IMG/VR virus record: IMGVR_UViG_3300012665_000850
Location: 1-49,186 of that record
Reading direction: 5' to 3' (one strand)
DNA: 49,186 nucleotides
Origin: a virus
Taxonomy: Duplodnaviria > Caudoviricetes
Shown: positions 39,132-47,668 of the stretch, one piece after another
How positions within the stretch are numbered: the stretch's first letter is position 1
Layout: every line of letters starts with the position of its first letter
Position numbers and translations under genes: made by a program
Notes under the pieces: model-generated
What the model was told of the DNA's origin: nothing
Database searches by the model: none
What the model saw: only the letters and a program-made list of their open reading frames with translations

Positions 39132-39581
39132 ATGATTACAGAATCAGATATAGAGTTTGTATATGGCAGAGATGAAAGCCACGCTCTTTGCTGGGTTATA
39201 GATGAAGAGTGTCTATATGACATGGCAATTAATGATCAATACGCCACCTTATTTTTGCTAAATGATAGAATTGAGGATGTGTCTGAGTTATATCCAGATA
39301 ATGCTGGGATTACTGTAAGATTTATTAAAGATGATACCATCATGGAAGATTTTAATACAAGTGAATATTTTGGCAACATACTTTTGAGTCCTCATAAGGT
39401 AATAAACTTATTAGGACATGCTTATGGAAACTATGTAGTATCTCCTTATGCAAATTTTATTAATAATGAGTTTGTAATTACTGAAGAAGATAGAGTAGAC
39501 TTAGAGCCATTTCCACCTTCTGCGCTTATAAAAGAATGTACACAGGAGAACTGCCATTGTTATAAGGCAGATAATGTCTAA
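39132..39581 (+). CDS. Acidic hypothetical protein
   Basis: 149-aa ORF; C-terminal CTQENCHC. Confidence 0.65.
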   Translation: MITESDIEFVYGRDESHALCWVIDEECLYDMAINDQYATLFLLNDRIEDVSELYPDNAGITVRFIKDDTIMEDFNTSEYFGNILLSPHKVINLLGHAYGNYVVSPYANFINNEFVITEEDRVDLEPFPPSALIKECTQENCHCYKADNV

Positions 39582-39804
39582 AAGTAGATGGCAAGAATAT
39601 AAAGAAAAAAATGGGGTTACCCCACTAGATTTATTAAATCCTCAAACTAGGCGTACTACAGATGAGGTATCTAATACAAGAATGTCAATATGTAATGGTT
39701 GTCCAGAGTTGATTAAAATTACATCCCAGTGTAAAAAATGTGGTTGCTTTATGTCAGCAAAAACTAAATTAGAATTAGCAAAATGTCCAGTAGGGAAGTG
39801 GTAA
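39574..39804 (+). CDS. Small Cys-rich metal-binding protein (DUF6171-like)
   Basis: RMSICNGCPEL..QCKKCGCFM..KCPVGKW. Confidence 0.7.
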   Translation: MSKSRWQEYKEKNGVTPLDLLNPQTRRTTDEVSNTRMSICNGCPELIKITSQCKKCGCFMSAKTKLELAKCPVGKW

Positions 39805-39805
39805 A

Positions 39806-40345
39806 ATGATTAAAGAATACACAGGATTAATTCCAGATGAATTGGCTCAAAGATTTTATGATTATGGTTTTTCTATTGCAATGGGTAATTATACTGAAGC
39901 TCCCAGAAGTATTTGGACTAGTTTAAAATGGCATCCAACTTTAGTTACAAATAGTGGTTTAGTGCTATGTATTAGGCCAACAGAGCAAATGGAAAAAGAG
40001 CTAGAAGAAATATTAATAGAAAATGGAATTTTAGATTTAAAAAAAGATAAAAGAATTACTGAGACTGCTTCTGTAATAAATATTTGGGGAAGAGGATCTT
40101 TTATAACTGCTCATCCTGATGGCAACTATAGTAAAGCAATAACTATCTATTTAAACAAAGATTGGAATCACGACCAAGGTGGATTTTTTAATTGGCAAGA
40201 TGAATCTAGCGGTAAATGGAATGTTGTTTCTCCTACATTTAATAAGGCAGTAGTAAATGGAGGAGGGGTATTGCATGGAATCTCTCCAGTACAATCAGAC
40301 TTCAGAATAACTCTGCAAATTTTTGTGCATAAGGTTGATGTGTGA
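39806..40345 (+). CDS. 2OG-Fe(II) oxygenase, prolyl hydroxylase-like
   Basis: ITAHPDG, IYLNKDWNHDQGGFF, PTFNKAV, LHGISPV..FRITLQIF. Confidence 0.85.
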   Translation: MIKEYTGLIPDELAQRFYDYGFSIAMGNYTEAPRSIWTSLKWHPTLVTNSGLVLCIRPTEQMEKELEEILIENGILDLKKDKRITETASVINIWGRGSFITAHPDGNYSKAITIYLNKDWNHDQGGFFNWQDESSGKWNVVSPTFNKAVVNGGGVLHGISPVQSDFRITLQIFVHKVDV

Positions 40346-40404
40346 TAAAATTAGTTCAATTAGATCCTAATGGGTTATGTACTCACGCAATATGGAAAGA
40401 GTAA
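40342..40404 (+). pseudogene. 20-codon mini-ORF MIKLVQLDPNGLCTHAIWKE, possible deletion remnant of a radical SAM-type gene
   Basis: Its GTG overlaps the upstream TGA and its TAA overlaps the downstream ATG. The remnant identity is inference. Confidence 0.35.
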
Positions 40405-41315
40405 TGAAAAAAAGCATTTTTATACAGATAACCTCATACCACGACTATGAGATTAAAAAAACTATTATAGATGCAATAGATAAGTCTTCAGGTAAAACAG
40501 AGCTTGTTTTTGGAGTTCATTCAATATTTTACAATGAGAATTCATGGATTGAGCCAGTAAAAAATATGTCAAGCGTCAAGTTAATTGAAAGCAAAGCACC
40601 AGATAATTTAGGAATTGGACTTGGAAGGTTTATTTCTCATAGCCTTTATTCTGGAGAAGATTATTATTTACAAATAGATGCTCACAGTAGATTTGATTTA
40701 GGCTGGGATATATTTTTAATTAATGAAATAGAAACTCATAAAGCAAATGGATTTAAAAAACCATTAATAACTCAGTACCCTAAACCATTTTGGTATGAAG
40801 GAGAAATAGAAAAAACACGTGATGGTGAAGAAGCTGTAACTCAATTTTATTGGAAAGATAAGCAAAGGTTTAAAGACAGTAGAGTTTCTTTGCAAGGCAC
40901 AATTGTAAACAAAGAAAAAAATATTTTTTCAATTTCAGTATCTGGTGGTTGTATTTTTACAGAAGGAGAATTTTTAAAGCCTAATAAGCTAATATTTGCC
41001 GAGGGAGAAGAAATATTTACAGCGGCAAGAGCTTACACTAACGGATATGATTTATTTGTCCCAAGTAAAATGTTTATGTATCATTTATATTATGGAGCAG
41101 AAGGAAAAAATAAAAGGAGGCTTGCTTTTGAAGATTGGCCAAAAGAAACAATTAGACTAGGTGATATTTCCCATAATGAGATTAAATTTGTTTTAACTGG
41201 AGAAGGAGTAGTTGGAGAATATCGACTGGGCACAGAGAGATCTTTATCTGAATACGGAAAATTTGCTGGACTAGATTTTAATTCTGGTGAAATTTTAGAT
41301 AACTTCTCTTGTTAA
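40404..41315 (+). CDS. GT60-like (Pfam GlcNAc family) glycosyltransferase
   Basis: SIFIQITSYHD.E..KT, YYLQIDAHSRF..GWD (DxH), GEEI..AARAYTNGYDLF.P..YHLY; start placed at the TAATG-coupled ATG 40404. Confidence 0.8.
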   Translation: MKKSIFIQITSYHDYEIKKTIIDAIDKSSGKTELVFGVHSIFYNENSWIEPVKNMSSVKLIESKAPDNLGIGLGRFISHSLYSGEDYYLQIDAHSRFDLGWDIFLINEIETHKANGFKKPLITQYPKPFWYEGEIEKTRDGEEAVTQFYWKDKQRFKDSRVSLQGTIVNKEKNIFSISVSGGCIFTEGEFLKPNKLIFAEGEEIFTAARAYTNGYDLFVPSKMFMYHLYYGAEGKNKRRLAFEDWPKETIRLGDISHNEIKFVLTGEGVVGEYRLGTERSLSEYGKFAGLDFNSGEILDNFSC

Positions 41316-41337
41316 TATTAAACTATAATGTTATAAT
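41309..41337 (+). promoter_or_regulatory. Promoter
   Basis: TTGTTA (41309-41314), 17 nt, TATAAT (41332-41337) with extended TG; a second TATAAT at 41324. Confidence 0.6.
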
Positions 41338-41382
41338 ATTATTGTAAGATTAAAAAATACTAATATAGTTAGGAAATAAAAA

Positions 41383-41562
41383 ATGGATAAAGCAGAACTA
41401 GTTATTACAGCATTACAGCAACGCATTGGAGAATTGGTATCAAATTATGAAACTCAGAATGCAATATTACGTGCAGAGGTTACTCAACTTCTTGAAAGAG
41501 AAAAGGTTAAAAATGAAGCTGTTCAAGAATACTCAGACTCCCTTAATAACCTCACCAACTAA
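41383..41562 (+). CDS. 59-aa coiled-coil protein missing from the ORF track
   Basis: MDKAELVITALQQRIGELVSNYETQNAILRAEVTQLL..; AGGA upstream; first gene after the promoter. Confidence 0.7.
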   Translation: MDKAELVITALQQRIGELVSNYETQNAILRAEVTQLLEREKVKNEAVQEYSDSLNNLTN

Positions 41563-41908
41563 TTTCCCATCTGGCCTTGCCGTTCAAACAGAGAAGGCTA
41601 CATACTGGATTAAAGATGGCAAACGCTTTAAGCTGATATCTGACAGAGCAACCAAGTCATGGTCTTTCCCTACGGTTAATGCCAATGAGTCAGCGCTGTC
41701 TTCAATGAAGATAGCAGGCAAGCTTGGATTTAGAGACGGGACCTTGATAAAGAATATAGCAGATGGTAAACTGTATTTAATATCACAGAATAAAAAAAGG
41801 CACATAGTAGACCCAGATACTTTTGATCAATATGGATTAAATAGATCTAATATAATTGAAGTAAGCGAGTCGGAAGCCAATATGCACGAACTAGGAGAAA
41901 ATTTATAA
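41513..41908 (+). CDS. Hypothetical protein with two internal beta-rich repeats
   Basis: Start placed at ATG 41513; TYWIKDGKRFKL and KLYLISQNKKRHI. Confidence 0.65.
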   Translation: MKLFKNTQTPLITSPTNFPSGLAVQTEKATYWIKDGKRFKLISDRATKSWSFPTVNANESALSSMKIAGKLGFRDGTLIKNIADGKLYLISQNKKRHIVDPDTFDQYGLNRSNIIEVSESEANMHELGENL

Positions 41909-42336
41909 TGCCACTAGATCCATTTAAAGCAATTACATTTAATGAGGGAGAGCCTTTAGATCCCAACAAATTAAATGATATGCAGAAGAATACTAACGTA
42001 GCATATCAAGCATCCAATGTTGTATACAATTCAACATTAAATGCACAGTCAAATCCTATCGTTCCAGTAATTAAAAGCGGTAACCTACAGTTTGGAAAAA
42101 TGGCTGCAAAGGAAATTAAAACCCTAGCCCTTCCAAGCGACTTGCTTATAGCAGGATTGCCTACACCACAGGTTGTTGCTTCATTTAGAACCAAGGGAGA
42201 GAAAGATCAGATCGTGACAGTTAGCGTTCATGAGATTTCAACTAACCCATCGATCACAGTATATACAAGCACAGCAATAAATAACTGCCTTGTTGACTGG
42301 ATCGCAGTCACATATAAAGAAATAACTACTTCGTAG
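41908..42336 (+). CDS. Hypothetical fibre-tip-like protein
   Basis: FNEGEPLDPNKLN N-terminus and VDWIAV C-terminal strand; TAATG coupling. Confidence 0.55.
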   Translation: MPLDPFKAITFNEGEPLDPNKLNDMQKNTNVAYQASNVVYNSTLNAQSNPIVPVIKSGNLQFGKMAAKEIKTLALPSDLLIAGLPTPQVVASFRTKGEKDQIVTVSVHEISTNPSITVYTSTAINNCLVDWIAVTYKEITTS

Positions 42337-42377
42337 TTGACAACATGAACCAATATGTTACACTTAGGGTGTAACAT
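42337..42377 (+). promoter_or_regulatory. Promoter with an overlapping palindromic operator candidate
   Basis: TTGACA (42337-42342), 16 nt, TACACT (42359-42364) with extended TG; ATGTTACAC-ttagg-GTGTAACAT at 42355-42377. Confidence 0.65.
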
Positions 42378-42378
42378 C

Positions 42379-42403
42379 AAAGTCACGCACCCGTGACTTT
42401 TTT
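42379..42403 (+). terminator. Intrinsic terminator-like hairpin at the structural/replication boundary
   Basis: AAAGTCACG-cacc-CGTGACTTT followed by TTT. Confidence 0.75.
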
Positions 42404-42420
42404 CGTATAAAGGTATATAA

Positions 42421-43230
42421 ATGTCTAATGATTTAAAGTGGATGATATCATCCGACCAGCAGTTCCCGTATCAAGATGATAAAGCTATCGAGCTTTGGTT
42501 TAAAGTTATGAAGTGGTTTAAGCCAGATGTGGTTGATTACGCTGGAGATACAGATGACCAAGCATGCTACAGTAAATATACTGAAGGACGCTCAGCAGAA
42601 TTTTTAAAGTTGCACAAGGATGAGAACGGACAACAGATCGTTCCATTGATGCAGCATGAAGCTAAGTTGGCACGAGATTTTTATGCAAAGACTAGAAAAG
42701 TTGCGGGCAAGGATGCTCAGCTATTTTCTGCTTTAGGTAACCATGACATCAGAGTGTTTGATTATATTGATGCTAAGCTTCCAGATTATATTAATGCAGT
42801 AACGCCAGAAACTTTATGGAACTTAGATTCATTAGGATATGAGTATATTTATTACAATGAGTTGCCTAAGCGTCGATTTGGAGACATGCATATCCACCAT
42901 GGTATTGCTATTTCTCAGAATGCTGGTGAGTCAGTAAAGAAAGATATTGATAACTTTGGAGTTTCCCTAATTAGAGGACACTCACATAGAGCTGGCGTCA
43001 TGTATCAGACATATGAGCTTCGCAATAATGGAAAGGGCGAGATCCTTCGTGGATACGAGCTTGGTCATATGTGTGATGAAAAGAGTGATGGAATGAAGTA
43101 CTCAACTACACATAACTGGCAGAAAGCTTTTGCTATTGCACATATTGTAAATGACTATCCTCACATGCAGCTTATTCATATTTCACAAGACTACACATGC
43201 GTTGTTGACGGGAAGACATTTAGTTTATGA
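42421..43230 (+). CDS. Calcineurin-like metallophosphoesterase
   Basis: SDQQFP, GDTDD, GNHD, HHG, GHSHR motifs. Confidence 0.85.
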   Translation: MSNDLKWMISSDQQFPYQDDKAIELWFKVMKWFKPDVVDYAGDTDDQACYSKYTEGRSAEFLKLHKDENGQQIVPLMQHEAKLARDFYAKTRKVAGKDAQLFSALGNHDIRVFDYIDAKLPDYINAVTPETLWNLDSLGYEYIYYNELPKRRFGDMHIHHGIAISQNAGESVKKDIDNFGVSLIRGHSHRAGVMYQTYELRNNGKGEILRGYELGHMCDEKSDGMKYSTTHNWQKAFAIAHIVNDYPHMQLIHISQDYTCVVDGKTFSL

Positions 43231-43415
43231 TGACCTGCGGTAGATGTAATGGTAGGGTTTTTATAGATAGAGTATTTTCTCAAAAACTACATATGGAATT
43301 GTTTTGCGTAATGTGCGGAAAACGATGGATGATTAATAAAGAAACGAATGCGCTGGCAAAATGTCTAGATCAAAAGGAAAGTCTACACGCAAAAAGTTTC
43401 TCTATTTCTTCTTAA
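43227..43415 (+). CDS. Zinc-ribbon protein
   Basis: CGRCNGRVF..FCVMCGKRW. Confidence 0.7.
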   Translation: MMTCGRCNGRVFIDRVFSQKLHMELFCVMCGKRWMINKETNALAKCLDQKESLHAKSFSISS

Positions 43416-43843
43416 ATAAGAAGTTGCATAAGGTGCTTAGGGCATCTCGTGCAAGAGATGAGATTATTGCTTGGTGTTACCCAGATAAAAAAAGAGTTCT
43501 ATACTCTTACTCTCAGGTAAACAAACATATGGAGAATGCATATTCAATGGTGCAGGTTGGGAAGATCTTAAATAAACATAAGATAACAATTGAAGATTAT
43601 ATTTTAGATGGCAAGATTAAGGAGCCACAAAGATTATATCCGATAGGAAACCCAGACAGTACTTGGTCTAAGTATATGTTTAGCGAAGCAGATATATTTG
43701 ATCTGCATCAGTTTATATTAGACTCAGGATATGCTTCTGAGATGCCATCAAAAAATGAGCTATCAGCTATTCTCAAAAACAATTTAATACTGTATACTAA
43801 GACGGAAGAGGGCAAGTTTGTCCCAGTATGGAAGGCGGAGTAA
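43361..43843 (+). CDS. Putative helix-turn-helix (MerR/excisionase-like) DNA-binding protein
   Basis: YSMVQVGKILNKHKITIEDYILDGKIKEP..YMFSEADI. Confidence 0.55.
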   Translation: MSRSKGKSTRKKFLYFFLNKKLHKVLRASRARDEIIAWCYPDKKRVLYSYSQVNKHMENAYSMVQVGKILNKHKITIEDYILDGKIKEPQRLYPIGNPDSTWSKYMFSEADIFDLHQFILDSGYASEMPSKNELSAILKNNLILYTKTEEGKFVPVWKAE

Positions 43844-44049
43844 TGTCGGAGACTAAGGTAAAGGTGGACTTGTCGTTCACACGTAATTTAGGAAACTATG
43901 AAAGTATCAAGATTGGTATTGGAGTAGAGGATACAATTCGTCAGGGTGAGAATGTAGATAGCGCAACCGAAAGAGTTTATAAGTTTGTTGAAGATAAGCT
44001 TATTGAAAAAACTCGTGAAGTAGAGGAAGAGCTAAAGCGTGGCAAATGA
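43843..44049 (+). CDS. Hypothetical protein
   Basis: TAATG-coupled start; FTRNLGNYESIKI. Confidence 0.7.
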   Translation: MSETKVKVDLSFTRNLGNYESIKIGIGVEDTIRQGENVDSATERVYKFVEDKLIEKTREVEEELKRGK

Positions 44050-44362
44050 TAAAGAGCCATATGTACTAATTGGTCTGTACGAAACATTATACAAAGAGAA
44101 GTATGGCAAGAAGCCCACGATGAATAAGTTTCGTGAGAAGTGGGCTATGAAGGATGTTATAGATAGCGTAGGTCTTGACCGAGCTAAAGAGATTTTGATA
44201 TACTACTTTACTCTTACTAAGGGTGGACATCCATTGCAGTTCTTCTTCTACAATTTTGATAGGCTAGATACTGCAATCATGGAAGTTGAAAAGGATAAAG
44301 AAAGACGTCGTTTGTTGCTAGAAGAAACGAAAAATATGGTTCAAAGAGGCGGAATAGAATGA
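44039..44362 (+). CDS. Hypothetical protein upstream of the helicase
   Basis: GTG start overlapping the previous gene; ATGA overlap with the helicase. Confidence 0.65.
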   Translation: MANDKEPYVLIGLYETLYKEKYGKKPTMNKFREKWAMKDVIDSVGLDRAKEILIYYFTLTKGGHPLQFFFYNFDRLDTAIMEVEKDKERRRLLLEETKNMVQRGGIE

Positions 44363-45606
44363 ATACAGAAGCAACATTAATCTCAGCAGTATGTAAGAAT
44401 AAAGACATAAGTACGCTACTTGCTGATAACGTAGATGATCTATTTACCTCACACAAAGATATCTGGGAAGGTCTAAAGTCTTATTACTATAAGTTCAAAG
44501 CTGTTCCAGAAGCTGGTGTGCTATTAGAAAAGTTTAAAGATTTTGAAATTGATACTAATGTAAAGGCAGAGACTGGCTACTACCTAGATAAACTAAAGAA
44601 TGAATATCTTTCTAATAGGTTAAAGAATATTATTTTAAAGAGCGGCTCTATGCTAAAAGAAGATGCTGCATCTAGAGTGCTATCTGAAATGCAGGCACAG
44701 CTAGCAACCCTTAGTAAGTTTACAAGCAATGTACGTGATCTAGATGTTACTGACTCAGATAATGCAATCAAGCACTTCGAAGCAACAAAGATTCGTTCTG
44801 CTGAAATGGGTGGATCTCCAGGAATTAAAACAGGATTTGAAGCAATTGATTTAGCGTATCCAACTGGTATGGCTCCAGGACATTTAATTGTTGCTATTGG
44901 TTGGCCAGGACGTGGTAAGACATGGTTTACATCTTATCTTGCATGCAAGGCTTGGGAACAAGGATTCAAGCCAATGATCGTGTCTCTTGAAATGTCACCA
45001 GAAAATATGCGTGACCGTATCTATACAATGTTAGGATCTGGCTTATTTAAGGCTAGCGAATTGGCAACTGGTGATATTAATATTGATGACTTTAGGTCAT
45101 GGTCTAATAAGAAGTTTGAAAACAAAAACGGATTTGTTCTTGTATCAAATGAGGGTATGGCAGAAGTTACTCCTTCTACCATTCAGGGTAAGATCGATCA
45201 GCATAAACCAGATTTAGTTATTCTAGATTACCACCAGCTATTTTCAGATAATAAAAAGAGCATGGGTGCTACAGAACGTAACATGAATATCTCTCGTGAA
45301 TTTAAGATGCTGGCCATGACAAATAACATCCCAGTAATTGACATTACTGCAGCAACCATGGATGATGTTTCAGATCAAGATAACCCACCAATGCTTTCTC
45401 AGGTGGCATGGTCTAAGGCTATCGAGTATGATGCTGATATGGCTATTGCTATTCATAAATACACTGGAACTCAAATGATTGAAGTTGTCTCAAGAAAGAA
45501 TAGACACGGACAAGAGTTTGGAATGTACTTAGACTGGGATATCAACCGTGGTATCGTCAAAGAGATTTACGAGAATCCTTTTGCGAATGACGCACAAAAG
45601 AATTAA
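44359..45606 (+). CDS. dnaB: DnaB-like replicative helicase
   Basis: Walker A GWPGRGKT, SLEM, VILDYHQL, AIEYDAD, KNRHG. Confidence 0.93.
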   Translation: MNTEATLISAVCKNKDISTLLADNVDDLFTSHKDIWEGLKSYYYKFKAVPEAGVLLEKFKDFEIDTNVKAETGYYLDKLKNEYLSNRLKNIILKSGSMLKEDAASRVLSEMQAQLATLSKFTSNVRDLDVTDSDNAIKHFEATKIRSAEMGGSPGIKTGFEAIDLAYPTGMAPGHLIVAIGWPGRGKTWFTSYLACKAWEQGFKPMIVSLEMSPENMRDRIYTMLGSGLFKASELATGDINIDDFRSWSNKKFENKNGFVLVSNEGMAEVTPSTIQGKIDQHKPDLVILDYHQLFSDNKKSMGATERNMNISREFKMLAMTNNIPVIDITAATMDDVSDQDNPPMLSQVAWSKAIEYDADMAIAIHKYTGTQMIEVVSRKNRHGQEFGMYLDWDINRGIVKEIYENPFANDAQKN

Positions 45607-45889
45607 AAGATTTCAAATTGATGTTGAGTTCGGTGACAATGCACAGCTTATAAGCTTAAGACCTCAGTATGAAAATTTATTAATACATGACATGAGGTCA
45701 AAAGGTTACGTTAGAGTACTTGACATAGACCCAGCATTTTCAGTAGAATTCACAGGTGAAACATGGAAGTTCTTAATGACTCTCCATGGCGTATACGTAG
45801 GAAAGAAGAAGGCATGGCAATCAGAGGGTATAATACAAAGCAAGTTGATACCACGCAGTATTCCCCAGCGCACATTAAGTCAATATTAA
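45587..45889 (+). CDS. Hypothetical protein overlapping helicase and primase
   Basis: ATG 45587; fills the gap; DMRSKGYVRVLDIDP..HGVYVGKKKAW. Confidence 0.6.
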   Translation: MTHKRIKRFQIDVEFGDNAQLISLRPQYENLLIHDMRSKGYVRVLDIDPAFSVEFTGETWKFLMTLHGVYVGKKKAWQSEGIIQSKLIPRSIPQRTLSQY

Positions 45890-46812
45890 AATCAATTGGC
45901 TTAGAGATAGTTGGAGAAACTAACAACGACTTTCTTTGCTATTGCCCATTTCATTCAAACAGGCATACCTCCAGCTTTAGCGTAAGCCGAGAGAAGGGCG
46001 CCTTTATTTGCTTTAACCCTTCATGCGGAGAAGCAGGCACTCTTCTTGAACTAGTAAAGCGCACAATGCATAAGAATGACTTTGAGTCCATGAGATTTAT
46101 ATCTTCAAAGGAAACAGAAGCCCTAGAAAACTTTGATGAGATCCTTAATGAGGCTATGTCAGACACACCAATGTTTGAAGAGTTTCCACAAGAAACTTTA
46201 GTTAAACTAAATGATGATTTGGTTACAGAGTGGAAAGCACAGAAGTACTTTGAGTCTAGAGGCATCAATATGGCATCTGGTAAATATTTTAACTTAGGAT
46301 ACTCAAAGAATATGGACATGGTGACAGTTCCAGTACATAGTCCAGACGGTATGCCAATCGGCATTGTTGGTAGATCAATTGAGGGAAAGTCTTTTAAGAA
46401 TAGCACCAACCTACCAAAAAGCAAAACATTATTTAATGTGCACCGTGCTAAGAAAATTGGAGACCATGTAATTGTTGTAGAGTCAAGCTTTGATGCAATT
46501 AGAATTCATCAAGCTGGCTTTCCAAACGTTGTTGCAACTTTAGGTGGATTCCTATCAACAGAACAACACCACCTTCTTAATAGATATTTTAATAGAATAA
46601 CTATAATGACAGATGCAGATTTAGCTGGCAGAGAGCTAGGCTTGAGCATAGCTAATAAATTAAGAATGAAAGACATCTTGTGGTCCTCGTATTCTTATGG
46701 TAAGATATACCCACATGATGCAAAAGATGCAGGCGATATGACTGATGAAGAAATTAAAACCTGTATCAAGAATGCTGTATCCGATATAGAATACAGATCT
46801 TGGAATCAATGA
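45814..46812 (+). CDS. dnaG: DnaG-like primase
   Basis: CPFH..CFNPSC zinc finger; TOPRIM VVESSFDAI, ATLG, DADLAG, KDAGD; start placed at ATG 45814. Confidence 0.92.
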   Translation: MAIRGYNTKQVDTTQYSPAHIKSILKSIGLEIVGETNNDFLCYCPFHSNRHTSSFSVSREKGAFICFNPSCGEAGTLLELVKRTMHKNDFESMRFISSKETEALENFDEILNEAMSDTPMFEEFPQETLVKLNDDLVTEWKAQKYFESRGINMASGKYFNLGYSKNMDMVTVPVHSPDGMPIGIVGRSIEGKSFKNSTNLPKSKTLFNVHRAKKIGDHVIVVESSFDAIRIHQAGFPNVVATLGGFLSTEQHHLLNRYFNRITIMTDADLAGRELGLSIANKLRMKDILWSSYSYGKIYPHDAKDAGDMTDEEIKTCIKNAVSDIEYRSWNQ

Positions 46813-46818
46813 TATAAT
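46810..46818 (+). promoter_or_regulatory. Extended -10 promoter
   Basis: TGATATAAT; small leader hairpin GATGG..CCATC; SD AAGGAG before ATG 46867. Confidence 0.65.
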
Positions 46819-46866
46819 AGTAATACAGATGGATATATACCATCAACTATATAACAAGGAGAAAAA

Positions 46867-47541
46867 ATGGGAATCGTAAAAGGTTTAAAAGATTTAAATA
46901 AAGTAATGGACAAGCCTTCTTATTCAGAAGGAGATAGCGTAAAGGCACGTTGGGCCAAGCTAGAAGATGCAGAAAGCGTTAAGATTCGTTTTCTTCAGGA
47001 ATTAGATCCTGACTCACCAACATACAATGCAAAGCTAGGTCTTGGATTTATTGCAGTTGAACACACAAATCCAAAAGACTATCGTCGCAAGGCATTATGC
47101 TCAATGGAAGACCAAGGAAAATGCTATGGTTGTGAGCAACACCGTAAGGATTACAAGGCTGGGTGGAAGGGTCGCTCAAGACTGTACATCAATGTTTTGG
47201 TAGATGACGGTAAAGAAGATCCATACGTTGCAATTCTTTCACAAGGTTCAAGTGGTAAAACAGTAACTCCAACTCTTATTGAGTATGCTGGAGAAATGGG
47301 ATCTATCACAAACCTTATGTGGCGCATTAAGCGATCTGGAACAAAGACAGATACAAGTTATACAATTATTCCACTCGCTAAGGATGAATCACCATTTGAC
47401 ACATCTGCACTAGAATTATATGATCTAGAAACAACTGCAGTTCGTGACATGCCATACACAGAGCAAGAAGCATTTTTTGCTGGTGAAGCTGGCAATAACA
47501 GCGAAGAAGGATCTTCAACAGATTCAAATCTTACCTGGTAA
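46867..47541 (+). CDS. Single-stranded DNA-binding protein (gp32-like)
   Basis: KIRFL, H..C..CYGC zinc motif, RLYINVL, IKRSGTKTDTSY, acidic tail ending in W; lies between primase and polymerase. Confidence 0.7.
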   Translation: MGIVKGLKDLNKVMDKPSYSEGDSVKARWAKLEDAESVKIRFLQELDPDSPTYNAKLGLGFIAVEHTNPKDYRRKALCSMEDQGKCYGCEQHRKDYKAGWKGRSRLYINVLVDDGKEDPYVAILSQGSSGKTVTPTLIEYAGEMGSITNLMWRIKRSGTKTDTSYTIIPLAKDESPFDTSALELYDLETTAVRDMPYTEQEAFFAGEAGNNSEEGSSTDSNLTW

Positions 47542-47548
47542 TTTTGGC

Positions 47549-47572
47549 TGGGGAGTAGGCAACTACTCCCCA
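47549..47572 (+). other. Perfect 10-bp hairpin with a GCAA tetraloop directly 5' of the tRNA
   Basis: TGGGGAGTAG-GCAA-CTACTCCCCA; no U-tract. Confidence 0.8.
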
Positions 47573-47575
47573 TAT

Positions 47576-47648
47576 GCCAGAGTAGCCCAGCGGTAGAGGC
47601 GGTAGACTTAAAATCTATACAGCGTGGGTTCGAATCCCACCTTTGGTA
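47576..47648 (+). tRNA. trnL: tRNA-Leu(TAA), short variable loop, no encoded CCA
   Basis: Acceptor GCCAGAG/CTTTGGT; anticodon arm GTAGA-CTTAAAA-TCTAT (TAA at 47609-47611); T arm GTGGG-TTCGAAT-CCCAC; discriminator A. Confidence 0.92.
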
Positions 47649-47668
47649 CTTAGTAGAAAACGGCGGAA

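Noticed and set aside
12962-45813. Track start sites at 12962, 28053, 31813, 40377, 41426, 43828, 45548 and 45763
   Set aside because: Downstream ATGs fit promoter, SD or stop/start coupling better and avoid long overlaps.
47549-47572. Intrinsic terminator after the SSB-like gene
   Set aside because: No U-tract, and the tRNA and dnaE downstream have no obvious promoter of their own.
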